Positions 1 through 12,335 of a stretch of DNA of 64,000 nucleotides are shown here, piece by piece. The notes under the pieces were generated by a model, which was not told the origin of the DNA, made no database searches, and was given only the letters and a program-made list of their open reading frames with translations. How positions within the stretch are numbered: the stretch's first letter is position 1; the number at the start of each line of letters is the position of its first letter. The stretch lies in NCBI RefSeq assembly GCF_036321535.1, contig NC_087437.1, forward strand, positions 27,468,001 through 27,532,000, in the 5' to 3' direction. Source of the stretch: Camelus dromedarius (Eukaryota). Made by a program: the position numbers and the translations under genes.

Positions 1-1487
1 CAGTCAGAAGTCTATTCAATTGCCCGTGAAATACAGGATATGGACACACCGCATCTCCTGCCCAACTAGGCAGCTTTCCTTCATCATTCAAACAGCTTGA
101 TGTTTCTTTTGGAAGAACCACGTGAAATAACTTGTTTTAAAGGGAGGGCTGTGTACAGAAAACACGTACTTTTTAATTCTAGAATCACACTTTGTACCAA
201 GATTGTGAATACTCAGATTTGTACCATATGTATAATGCAAAAAATTCACTGTCTAAATGCGGACTTGACTAAGAGAAAAATGCCGTGCTATATCAATCAG
301 TTCACTGGTTTGAAGCTTTGATTTTCAACACAAAATCAAGCAAGAGTTTGGGGCATAGAGACCGGGCTAGTCATGTCCGTGGTTGTGGTTTCCAGGATCC
401 TCATAGAAGAGAAGGTTAGGTCCATGGCTTGGAAACACCTTGGCGGGGGCATGGAAAAATCCTTGGAACTGGGAACAAACTGAAAGTTGTTATAATTTTG
501 ATACATGAAATTCTTTTGCTTTATCCTTCTAACCCTCCTGGGCGGCGGACAGGGTTGGTATTGTCACATTGATAAAGAGTCTGGGAGTGATGGATTTAAC
601 CATATAGGTGGGGGCCAGGAACGGTACACAGGGGTGCTCATCATGGGTGTGGGGGCATGCCCACTTCTCTGTCTCACTTTTTCCATCCTGCTGCCTTGCA
701 GCCAACATACTCTTTATCCACTGTGTTACTCTGTATTGATAAATTGGATAGATCATATTTAGATGAATGGGCTATTCCTAGGATATTTATGAGGAATTCT
801 AGAAGAGTGGATTAACTCTTTCAAGCCATTCAGCAGTTCATTGGGATACTAATTTGCTAAATAGTATCTTTGTGGTCTGGAAGAAATAATTAACTGCCCC
901 AAGTGCCTACTTTCAACTAGTGAATTAATTATCCAGCTATTTCCAGCTCAGTGCTTATTAGGCAGATCCACTGATTCATCCCTTTAGCCTCTATTTTAAA
1001 TTTTGGGCTAAGGGCACTTTTAGAAGCTTTCTGGAAATTGTCATTCTTATGAAATATTACAGTTGAAAAACTTTATACAAAAGTGTTCTTCGATAAAGTG
1101 CAGAGTAGTGATAGCTTTTCACTTGATCTGTCCCTTCCAATTTTGAGATAAATTCCTTGGAGGACTGTCAGGAAATTATTTTCCCTATTTTGTTGATATG
1201 ATGAGTGGCTTTAGGCATCTGAGAATTTGAAAATAATTTGTTTTCATAAGTAAGAGAGCACAACTGATAAAACTGTGTTGCCAACGTGCTAAACATAGTT
1301 TGATTCTTTTCTCTTACAATTTGCTTATATATATATTTTTTTTCAAACTGCATGTGCTGTTTGAAAACCCATTCAGGGTATACTTTGTTATAGCCAGCAG
1401 GAACTCAGTCTCTTTCTTTTGCTTCCCTTTTCTTGCCTAGCGACAGACATAATCTGTGATGATTAAAAATATGTTATTTCTTTTTAG

Positions 1488-1647
1488 GTCCCCATCTTTA
1501 GTAAAAAAGAAGATGTTTTTGCATATTTAGCTAAGTATTCAGTGCCAATGGTTCGAGCAACGTGGCTGATCAAGATGACTTGTGCCTATTACTCTGCTAT
1601 TTCTGAAGCGAAAATTAAGAAACGTCAGAGTACTGATCCCAATTTGG
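1488..1647 (+). CDS. MED12L: MED12L internal coding exon (window exon 1, 160 nt)
   Basis: tttttag|GTC...TTG G|gtaagt; translates [53 protein letters not shown], the MED12-family N-terminal region. Missed by the ORF track. Confidence 0.97.
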
Positions 1648-1869
1648 GTAAGTGAGACAGTATGATATGTCTTACATTTCACCAGTGATTCTGTGAGTAA
1701 TTGTTTCCTGTGCCTGCGGTACACAGTGGCGAGGTGAGTCCTGAGAAGGCCAGGGGTCGCCTGTGGAGTGGGTGGGGGGCTGGTCCTGCTCACCCAGGGG
1801 CAGATCCCGGATTCCATCAGCAAGTCCTGTTGCTCTGCCCTCCAGAACGCTCCGGTCTGCACACCTTTC

Positions 1870-2530
1870 ACCACTGCAGTTGCTGAAATGCTGCTTCAAG
1901 CCCCGCTCATCTCTTGGCTCGGCTACGGTGGCAGCCTCCTAACTGGCCTTCCTGCCCTTTTTTTTGCTCCTCACATTCTGTTCTAGTCTCCCCACAACTG
2001 CTGTGCTGATCCTCCAGCCTCCACCAGATCATATCGTGTCCCTGGTTACAACTTTATGGTAGTTTCTCATGACACTTAGAGTAAAGATCCGGATTCTTTC
2101 CCGTGGCCCTCGGCGCCGTCCGCGATCTGCGCCCTCTTCCTGCAGTGTTCCAGCCACATAGCCTCCCTCCTGTCCTCTAAGTGCCACACAGCTCCCTTTC
2201 TCGGCGCTCTGCGTTTCCTCCTCCCTGTACCCGGGTTGCTCTTCCCTGGGGTGTTTGCCCGCTTCCCACTCTTCACCGAGACTTTGGCGCAAGGGTCATT
2301 TCCCCTGGAGGTTCTCTCTGGCCACCTAACTAAATACTAGATAGCATTTCATCTCTTTCTCACCTTCCTCCCAGTTATGTTCTCATGTGTTGTTACTTTA
2401 TTCACAGCACATTTCTCTGTCTGAAATTATCCTTTAAGATTTTGTGTCTGTCACCACCCCCATACACACACAGAAACACAGACACACACATGCACTGGCT
2501 TGTGGTAGATATTCATTGAATGAACTGAAG
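1870..2530 (+). mobile_element. LINE-2 3' fragment
   Basis: Typical L2 segments (cagcctcctaactggcctt, cttagagtaaagatcc, tccagccaca) ending in ttcattgaatgaa; boundaries approximate. Confidence 0.7.
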
Positions 2531-3317
2531 GAAACTATTTTCAGTCAGTCTTTGCTGTTTGGTGACTAGACAGTGACTCCTTGAGGTGGTGCTAAAACAT
2601 TGTTTATAAAAGTTTTGATGCTACAGGAGAGATGTGCACAGAGAATTATTTATGAAGATGTCCACTTAAAGATTAGGTTTTACAAATAATTCTTTATGAA
2701 ATAGAAACATGATTTTTTAAGGAAGACCCCTCAACTACAGAGCTCTGAGAGGCAGGGTCAGAAAGTACAGATGTCCTCAGATCCAGACGGCATCCTAGAT
2801 AAGTGAGTCGGGTGAAGGGCTTGGGCACAGGTTGGGGGCCTTAGTGGACTGGAGGGTGGAGCCCACTTGAAAAGCATGAAGACTTAAATTCAAAACAAAA
2901 AAATGGCCTAATTCCATGACTGCCCACTTTGAGGTCAGCGTTACCTCATGTGTGTTAAAACAAATAAGCAAAAGTGAACGATACTTAAAATAACACTGTG
3001 TAGTGTATGTATGTACGTATCAAGAAAAAAATGTGAGGAAATAATTGACAAAGTTAACAATGATTGTCTCTGAGTGTCGTTTTCATAGGAGTCTTTTGTT
3101 AAGTCTACATCTAATGTTTTTTCACCAGCTTATTATGTTATGGGGGGAAACAAGAAGAATGCCCGTTTTTATTACTAAAATAGTACCTTCTCATTACAAT
3201 ATCTTCAAATGGTGCTGAAGTAGGTAAAATACAGTGTTTAAGTTTCTTTTCTCCCTTCTCCGTGTTTTCCTTCTTGAACTTTCCTACATCATACACAAAC
3301 ACATATGTGCAATTCTT

Positions 3318-3506
3318 TTTTTAAAAATAGGGTTTTCTGTCTGTCTATTTGTCTAATCTATCTAATCTATTTATTTGTTTATTGAGTTTTTTTGAGGGGG
3401 ATGGTAATTAGGTTTATTTATTTAATGGAGGTACTGGGGATGGAACCCAGGCAGGACCTTGTGCATGCTGAGCACACACTCTACCAGTTGAGCTCTACCC
3501 TCCCCC
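3318..3506 (-). mobile_element. tRNA-Ala-derived SINE (camelid type)
   Basis: GAGGTACTGGGGATGGAACCCAGG...GAGCTCTACCCTCCCC head, T-rich/TCTA tail, TSD-like CACATAT(G/A)TGCA(A)TTCTT at 3300 and 3507. Confidence 0.88.
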
Positions 3507-3589
3507 CACATATATGCATTCTTGCTATCTGTGTATCCAGCTATCTGTCTTGCTAGCTAGCTGTCTTTCTCTACACATATGTCCATTGC

Positions 3590-4490
3590 ATTTATTAATA
3601 CTTCTCCCCACAACCTGGATATCTAGTCGCTTAACTAGCCACCTCTACTTTGATGATGACTAGGCTGAACCCTAACGTATATCAAATCAAAGTCTTGATT
3701 TCTCACCAGCTCTAAACTTGCTCCTTCCTCAGACTTCTCCTTAGTAAATGTTACACGGAGTCATTGGGTAGGTGAAGGTAAAAACCATATTGTCACCCTG
3801 GACTTTGATCTTTCTCTCACAACTCTGCATTCACTCTCTCAGGAATCTTGCCAGCTTTACTTTCGGAATACAGTCAGAATCCGACAGCGTGTTCTTCCTT
3901 GCGCTGTCACTCCTCTGGCCCCAGAGCACCACCACCACCGCCACCACCACTTTGCCTGCGCTGTTTATTGCAGGGCCTCTAGCTGGTCTTGTTTCTTCTC
4001 TTGCTCCCCTAACGATGACTTTCTACTTCATAGATCCCGCTGAGACAGAAATCAGGCCGCATGCCTGTGCGCGGCACCCTCTCACAGCTGCCTGTCTCAC
4101 TCGGACTGGTACCTCTGCTGCCACCAGTGGCCTGTGCGCAGTTTCCGCCTCAGGCGTTGACCGGGGGTACCACTGTCCCCCCCACCCTCCGATGTTCCCC
4201 GGCCTCGCCGTCTCCCACTGCCAGCTTGGCTCAGAGGGCACTTCCTCAGAGAAGCATTCTCGGACCATTCCAGCCAAAACACCATCTCCCTGGCGCCCCG
4301 TCTGCCTGTCCTGCTTCACTTTTCTTCTTAGCTCTTAATGCCTCTCATGCTATATTTTACTTTATTCATCACCTATCTCTGCTGACTCTCCACTACAGTG
4401 TGTCTTTGTGAGAAATTTTGTCAGGTTTGTTCCTTGCTGGGTCTCCATGCATACAGATGCTCAGTCTTTTTTCATAAATAAGTGAATAAT
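3590..4490 (+). mobile_element. LINE-2 3' fragment
   Basis: L2-like pyrimidine-rich body ending in atgctcag...aaataagtgaataa; boundaries approximate. Confidence 0.7.
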
Positions 4491-7400
4491 TAGTCTTGAA
4501 GCATTTGTGTGCAGATGCACACATGCTTTTTTCCCCCCTCTAATTTCCCCCAGTTCATGGTCCTTGGAAGCACCAGCATCACTGGCTGCAGTGGAGAGAG
4601 ACTCCTCTGTTCCTCAGCTGCTGCTCATGTTTTCTGATAACTTGTTCCTGTTCATGTTTTCCTTGATGTTCAGTTTAATCTGATTTTAACTGTCACAGAA
4701 AGGCAAAGAAAAAGGTGATCATGCAGGGACGATTCTACCAAATGAAATGTAAAGCAGCTTTAGGACAAATGAAGGTCTGATCATCATTGTGAAGAATGTG
4801 TAGCTAGAGTTTCTAGGAGTCCGGGATGTAAAGGTGTTGACCAGGACCACGTAATTTCCTCTGTGAATAGAGGGAAGCCTGGCTCCCATGTTCTACTCAG
4901 AACATCACGGACTTCTTTTTGGATTTGTTACTTCTCCTATTAATTTTCTTACCAGTGTGACCAGTTGCTTTGGGGGGAGGATTGTTTCCTAACCCCCTCC
5001 CCCCGCCAGCTAAAATTTCTGTTATTTGCATACCCGCTATTCTGTGGGTGTTTGATTAGGTTCACCCACCAGCTGTATTTCCTCTTCTTTCATAAACCAC
5101 ACAACACATATGAGTCTGTTTTCGACTCAGTTTATTTACAAAGTATTACATGATCTTTATGGTTATTCGTATGCATTAAAATGTGTGAACATTAAAGCCA
5201 TGAATATCAAGTGCCTACTGTGCTTTTCTCACAGTAGAGTTTAAAAGCTTTGACCTAAAAAATGCTTTAGGCCAAAAATATTTTTAAAATGCATGAATTT
5301 AAGGAGATCCCCCCTAACCTCTTAGGTCCAGCATCTCGGAAAGAGACTTTGTAAACTCACTGAATCTTTGGGCTGTATTCATCCCAGCGCTGCTGCTACG
5401 TGGCTGGGTGATTGACAGCAAAGTCCTTCCTCTCTCCGCACTTGGGTCTTCTCAGCCTTGATCCAATCCACAGGCCATGTGGCCTTTGTCATGTTCTTCA
5501 GCCTTTCTTGTTTTTGGCCCTGACATTTTTGAAAGGGACAGGGTTATTTTGTTAGAATATCCCTTGATTTGTGTTTGTCCAGGGGCTTAGAACAGATTCA
5601 GTTTTTCAGTTTTGCACTTTTGGTGGGAGGATCGCTGAAGTGTCGCTGAGAGCATCTCAGTACCTCCCATCGCCTTGTCCTAGGACCGGCTGTGAGAACT
5701 TTGATCTTTTGAGCAATGTGATGCGGATTTCTCCACCGCAAAGTTACTGTTTTATTCTGTAATTAATTAATAGGCAATTTAACTAGATAACTATCCAATT
5801 GCTCTTTCTATATTCTTATGTGTGTTTTAAAAATGCAAATGTAGTGCACTATTTATACTATATGAAAAGAGCACCCAGTTTCAAATATCTGATCTTGGTT
5901 TGCTATCACTGCTCCACCTGATATCGCTCTACTTTGTCTTTAGCACCTCCTTCAGCTTCCTTTAGCAAATTACACAGTGCGTTTGGAAGCATTTGGCTGT
6001 GTAGACACAGGCATAATGCGGCAAGTTTCACACCCCAAGCAAGCTATACAGCCAAGCAAGCACACACATATATATGTGTTGGATTGGATTAAACTGCATA
6101 CACTTCAGAAGATTAACTTGCAGTAATAGATTCTATGTTCTGGCTTTGATAGTGAAAAGAATCGTTCGGCACGTTTGGGGCAAGATTGACTAGCGAGTGT
6201 CACCCTTTTCTGGCGTTGGTTTTATGGCCTCCGTTGACTTGATGATTGTTCTTAGGATTTATAAAGTGTGTTCAGTAGAAATGGCCTTTATTCCTTTGTA
6301 ATAGAAACGTATGTTTTGTTTTCAGTTCCTACATTCAGTGTTGGAACAGAGGTGTTAAGCACTGCTGCTTGGTTTTATTGAAGAGAGTTTTTCCTCAAGT
6401 TAAGTGGGCTAACGGCAACAAGGGAGCAGGCCTGTTGTGTAAATTCTTTAAACGTAGCAACACAGAGATCCTCACTGTCATTATGCAGAGAGTTACAGAT
6501 CTAAGATGTGGATTCAGTGAGTTGCTGCCCTGGGGAGCCTGCACCAGGCAGGGACGTACCCCGTGCAGTGTGTACCCAAAGGGGAGAGGAGCAGGAGGGG
6601 CCTTGGCTTTCTGGGTGAGGTTTGACGTGTGATTTCGGGAGGGGGCGTCAAAGAATTATTTGACCTGGACACATCCTAACATCACAGCAGAGGTTTTTAA
6701 ATAGAGGTGAATTAGGGAAGCTTGGAAGAAGAGATTGTAATTCTCCGTCTTGCATGAGACCTAAAAAGGTGGTTACGGTGAACATGATGCTTAGAAAATG
6801 CCTTCTAATAGGTGAGTGGACCAGACTCGAGGGAAGGAACACCAGGCATAATACGTATTTGGGTTCCAGTAATTTTTGGAATTGAACGAAGTTTCATTTT
6901 TAAAACAAGGATATTTAGTTGTCTTCAATGTTTTGAGCTCACCAGAGAAAAGCATTTAAAATGCACTAGCTAATACTTAAAAATATAAGAGTAAAACTTA
7001 CACAGAGTTACGTAATTAAACTCTTCGAACAGACTGGAAACTGGGGCTTTATAGTAAATAGCACAGAGCCTTGTACATTTATCTGCAGGAATTTTCCTTA
7101 CAATAAGGAGGAGTCTTACTGTTGCTGAGTTAACGAGTTACATGAGTCTGTTGTGTGGCTGCAGTATTGCTGCCATTCTTGCCATCACTGTGGCAGTGTT
7201 CCTTGAGTGGTACAGCATCCCCCTATGCAGCGAGCGGGGTTTCCATCCTCCGGACAGTCCTAGCTTGAATCGGCTCCTGACACGTGTTGTGAAAATGAGC
7301 TTTTCTGCCTGGGGAGGGGGTGCTTCCTCCTTTTACTGTTGGACCCTAAGAAGGTGTTTCCTGTTGGCTTGTGTGAGGATTGCTGGTCCCTCCCCAGGTC

Positions 7401-8523
7401 TCCCAGGATGGCAGTGGTGCACCATGGTACCCCCCATATTTTAGTGAACACTTGCTAGGCCCTGTGTTTACTCTGTCCATTCTCTGATTTATTATTCAGA
7501 AGCTCTGTGAGAGAGAGAGTTTATTTCCACTTCACAGATGAGGACACCGCTGTGCAGGTGGGCGCAGAGCCCCTCAGCACGTGTGTCCAAACTAGGCCCT
7601 GAAGCCTGGGCTGGGCTTCATGCTGGTCGCTGGAGACAGAGGGGGAGAATGTCATCACTGCCCCCTCGGGGTTCACAAGTCGGAGGGGATAGGGGCACAC
7701 AGCCAGACAATCCAATATTAGAGAAGAAAGGAAGAGCTAGCAGTGAAGTGAGTGAAAGGCAGAGGGGGCCCCACGGAGCTGGGGAAGCCCAGGGAGATCA
7801 CAGAGGAAGTGCTGTTTGAGTATAGTTCTGGAAAAAGCAACATTTCCCAGGAGGACAGAGTTGGACGTCTGTTGCACAGGGAGTGGCATTTCCGGCAGAA
7901 GAATGGTGTCTGCAGAGAAACAGGGTCATTGGGCAGGCTGGCTGGCGGAGCTGCCCGGTTTATTTTCATCTGGTGCATCAGTCACCAGTGGGGCCGTGAT
8001 GACAGGCTGTGGGGAGGCCTGTTTGCTAGAGTGGGGGACAATGGGGAGCCGTGGAAGGACTCCTCATTACTATGAATTTTGCTGCTTCTTGCCTGTAAAA
8101 TGGAAGTAGTTGTCAGTACCTCCTAAGGATGAAATGAGTCAGTACTTCTACAGCGTTTAGAGTAGTGCCCGCCGTGCAGTAAGTGACCAGTGAGTGTAGA
8201 CTATTAATAGGATGCCTCGGCTGGCGTGGACTACAGTTCTCACTAGCCAGTCTCGATTAATTATTGTATGCGTTGTCCTGGGAACTTTACAGACACTATT
8301 TGTAATCATTATAACGTGCTTGCAATATAGGTTTTATTCTTTCTGTGTGTGAGGGACCCGAGCCTCAGAAGTCAAGTAACGGCTGGCACAGACGAAGTGG
8401 ACTTCCCAGAAGGTGTTTGCTCTTTCCTCCCCGCTGCAGCGTGATGGTTACCGTGGGGGATGTGCATGTTGTGGGTCTGGGCTCCGGGAGCCAAGAAGCA
8501 TGGCTAGGGGAGAAAGGTGCTGT

Positions 8524-8790
8524 CAGGGAGCAGGCTGCAAGACGGGGGGCTGTGGGCTGGGAACAGGCTGCAGCGCGGGGGGCTGTGGGCAGGGAATAGG
8601 CTGCAAGATGGGGGGCTGTGGGCAGGAAGCAGGCTGCAGGACAGGAGGCTGTGGGCAGGGAACAGGCTGCAGTGTAGGGGGCTGTGGGCAGGGAGCAGGC
8701 TGCAGCGCCGGGGGCTGTGGGCAGGGAACAGGCTGCAAGATGGTGGGCTGTGGGCACGGAGCAGGCTGCAGCGCGGAGGGCTGTGGGCAG
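8524..8790. repeat. G-rich minisatellite, 33-bp unit, about 8 copies
   Basis: Unit approximately GGGGGCTGTGGGCAGGGA(A/G)CAGGCTGCA plus 5 variable nt; the 11-residue periodicity shows in the overlapping ORF translations. Confidence 0.95.
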
Positions 8791-9649
8791 CATAGGAGGA
8801 GTCACAGCTGCAGTTCCCCCGGGTGCCATGGGGAGCAGGCAGAGCGCAGCCAGGTCCAGGGGGCCAGAGAAACGAGAGACAGATGAAGTTGCTTGCAAGA
8901 TGAGCATCTCTAATTCTGGCTAGGAGTTACTTGGTGTTCAATATGGTGAAAAGTGACAAGATGTATCACAGGCATGAGGCCTTTTTTGGGGGGAAACAGA
9001 TGGATTAAAAGAAGCTTAAAATGCTTCGTGGTTAAACTGCCCAGGGAGCTGCTCTGTTGACCCCCAGTTGTTTCCTCTGTACCCCTGAGGTTTTGTTGGG
9101 GTGGGTGAGAGACTTTCCTTGGTGAACTATACTCTTGGAACCACTATCCTTATCGCCCCCACAATACAAAGAAGAAACAGCTACCCTTCTTGCATGGTGG
9201 GTCATTAATTTGTGACATATTCACTGAGCCATTTGGACTGCAAAAATAAGCCCTGCTAAACACATAATTGACAGTCTGGTTTCTTATCTGAGCCAACCAG
9301 CTTACTTTCAGTTCGAGTCCTTGAAGACAGCACGTACTAACTTTTCTGATTCCAGGGACAAGCTTTTAGCTTCAGGTCAAGATTGCCTCCACATTTTCAC
9401 ATGTTCCTTGTTCCTTATTTTTCATAAAGGAGATATCTGCCTTGCTTACTATGAAAATAACCCTGAGGGCTGGACAGAAGTGCTTGCATAAGCACAATTT
9501 AAATGCGTGCTTTACTTAGTCATGAAGAATACGCTTTAGTTGGTGAGGTAACTCTGGCTATCTGGTAAAAACGACTCTCCAAAAGAAGGGACAGGACCTG
9601 CTAGTACAGCTTTGGCCACTGCAGCTGTCCCTTTCCTCAGCATCTTTCA

Positions 9650-10380
9650 TGTAAAGGTTGTAGCATCCATTGATGAACCAAGCCCCAAACTGTCATTTCC
9701 TTGAGAATGGCTAGATGCTGGCATTCTTCTGAAAATGGGCTTCCCCTCATCAACTGTGCCAAGCCATAGTTCTTTCTAAAAAAGGCTGAGTAAACGCCTT
9801 TGATTGTCAGTTTTCAGAATAAGAATTGCTGCAGTTGCATAGTTAGTTGTAATAAATGAGTTTTTTTCTTATTTAAAAAAATTATCTTTGGTCATTGTTA
9901 GGGCTCACGAATATTCAGTCATTCAGTATTTTACAACCATTTACACTCATGGTTCATTTTAGTGTTCAGATTGTCTCAGAGTTGGCCAGTGGAAGATGTT
10001 TCAAGCTCTTTTGTATCCTTTGACATGATACCATTTGACTTAGAGCACCTCCTTGCTTTTTGGCATCCAATGATGTCCCAGGCTCATCTTGTGTTTTTTC
10101 TGCCTCAGATCTGCAGTCAGCCATTTCTCTGTGGAACCTTACTTCTTTCTGGTGGGAAATGATATTTAGAAATCAAGATCTAGGTGCTGAAGTTTCTCAT
10201 TGCTACCAGGATGTCATGGTATCTATGTCCTGCAGTGGATGGATGGTTATATGTATATCTGTGTGTGCAAGTGTGTGCACACATGTTGTGCATGCATATG
10301 GGAGTTTATATTCCTATTTCCAATTTATCTGTAACATCTCTAGTTAACATTAAAGAGTTTTATTAATTTCTTTGATTTTA
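9650..10380 (-). mobile_element. Old L1 (L1M/L1ME-like) 3' region
   Basis: Segments such as gatgtcccaggctcatcttgtg, tcagccatttctc and ggaaatgatatttagaaatcaagatctagg; boundaries approximate. Confidence 0.55.
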
Positions 10381-11074
10381 TGTTTATCTCATATCTGTTA
10401 CGTGGACAGTGAATGATTTCTGGTAGCAAGGACATGGTTACTTATTTGTTTTACCCTGCTAGAAACATAGACTAGCTTCAGAATTAAAATCTGCTATATG
10501 TTGGGAAGAAAGGAAATATGTAAGTACATAACGTCTTGGTGGGAAGTAAAAGAGAGCTGAATATTCTATCATAGTAGGAAGCCAATAGATAATGCTTAAA
10601 ATCAGGAAGTACAACTGCAAATATGTTGCTTAGAGATAAAGAGGAAAACCAAAGGAACACAATGGATGAAAGAGTTGAAAATGCTTTCGCAGAATGGAAA
10701 TTGGAGGGGAGGGGTTATGGACAGTGGGCTGCTGTTTTCACAGGAAGTCACATCGAGCTATTGGACTCTAAGACATTGGCAAGTGTAACTTGGATGTGAA
10801 GAAAAAGTTCTAATCTCAGTCCCAAATTATTACTCTCTATTTTTGTCATTGTTGATACCTTTTCTGGAAGATACCTTGCTGTAAAAATGTGTTTTATGGA
10901 AAAGTTTTGAAGGAAGTTCAGGGAATGCATTAGAATTTCAGTTCTTCTTAGATAATATTATAAAGGCAAGTACTTGCTGCTTGGGCCTTAACAAAAATTG
11001 GAAGACTTTGAATCTTTTTCCAGATGTATAGCTGTTCAGTTAATTGGATGTGTAAAATTTACAAAGACTTAAAA

Positions 11075-11270
11075 ATTGTGGTGGAAAACACATAAAATTT
11101 ATCCTCTTAACCATTTAATGTGTATAGTACGGTGTCAACTATCTGCACATTGTTGTGCAACAGATCCCCAGAACTTTTTCATCTTTTAAAACAATCTCTA
11201 TGCTCGTTGAATAAACTCCCCTCTCCTCCCCTCCCCGAGGCTCTGTCAACCACCGTTGTTCTTTCCTGAT
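11075..11270 (-). mobile_element. L1 3'-end fragment
   Basis: cataaaatttatcctcttaaccattt...cacattgttgtgcaacagatc...cagaactttttcatc. Confidence 0.7.
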
Positions 11271-12209
11271 TTATATAAACTTTTAAAAGTTCTCACCAAG
11301 TTTAATGTGCTGCAGTGTGACTCTGAATTCCACACTGTTGCCCTGTGGAAACATACTTCAGCTTTTTCTAAAGTAAAAGTGTCACAGTCTGTTCCATGGT
11401 AAGAGTGCCCGTGTGTGGCAGTGGTGTTTGTTGGTGTGTGCGTGCGTGTTTACAGTCGGTTAAATTTTTGATGAAATCAAAGTAATGTCTGCTCGTGATT
11501 GCTTTTGAATTTCTTGGAGAAATGCATTCAGAGAACTTCTTATATTTCTTTTGAATAAAGAGTGATTTAGGTTAAAAAAAATACATATTAAGATTCTCTG
11601 CATTGGAGTACATGCTGTAGAGAATTGTAACCAACTGGAGGCTGTGCTATCTGCCTTCAAGGGGCCTCCCTTAAAGGCATTTTTTGGGGAAACAAGATGT
11701 AGACCTAAAACATGGAGCAACAGTCAGTACATATAATTACCTGTGATCATACAGGAAAAGAGGGGGAGACTGGAGAAATTAGGAGAAGTTTTCTGAAAGA
11801 GCTAAATATGGGTGAACTACCTGGTCCTGAATTAAAACAACAGGTTAATGAAAACAAACACATTGAATTTAGCACCCCCCCGCCCCTCTGGCTCTGTGTT
11901 CACATCTCTTTCGACGGCACCGTGCTCTGCTCAGCCACCTGCCCTCCTGGGAAATCTGGAAGCTGCCTGCCGCTCTCTTTTTCTCTCCACTATCAGGTTA
12001 GTGACAGATGCCACCTGACTCTCTTGTTCCCCCCTCAGTCACCTTCCCACTGGACTTTGCAGCCTCCTTTCAATTCGTCTCCCCCACAACTTCTGAGAGA
12101 GTCTTAATTTACATATCTTATCTCATCGTTCCTTAAAATCCTCCAGTGGCTTTCAATCATTTGTGGTAAAAAAGCAAACTCCACAGCTTGTCACTGCCTG
12201 GGCTACTGG

Positions 12210-12335
12210 TTATCAATGGCAGATTTCTGGACCCCACTCCAGACTTACCGGGTTGAAATCTCCAGTTGGAGCTAAATCTGTGTGTCTGATGTGCGCCCTC
12301 TGGTGATCATTTTGTGCACTAGTGTTTGAGGCCCC
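12210..12335. mobile_element. MER5-like hAT MITE fragment inside an L2 (L2 about 11840-12670)
   Basis: gcagatttctggaccccactccagacttac...gaaatctcca...aatctgtg...ctctggtgat...gcactagtgtttgag. Confidence 0.65.
12293..12306 (-). promoter_or_regulatory. CTCF-like motif
   Basis: Minus strand TCACCAGAGGGCGC, one mismatch to CCASYAGRKGGCRS. Confidence 0.5.

Noticed and set aside
8524..8790. CRISPR-like repeat array
   Set aside because: Units are directly tandem without unique spacers, the DNA is eukaryotic, and there are no cas genes.
8365..8907. Cys/Gly-rich ORF resembling keratin-associated proteins or metallothionein, and overlapping repeat ORFs
   Set aside because: They come from a 33-bp minisatellite open in several frames on both strands; no promoter, credible start or gene context.
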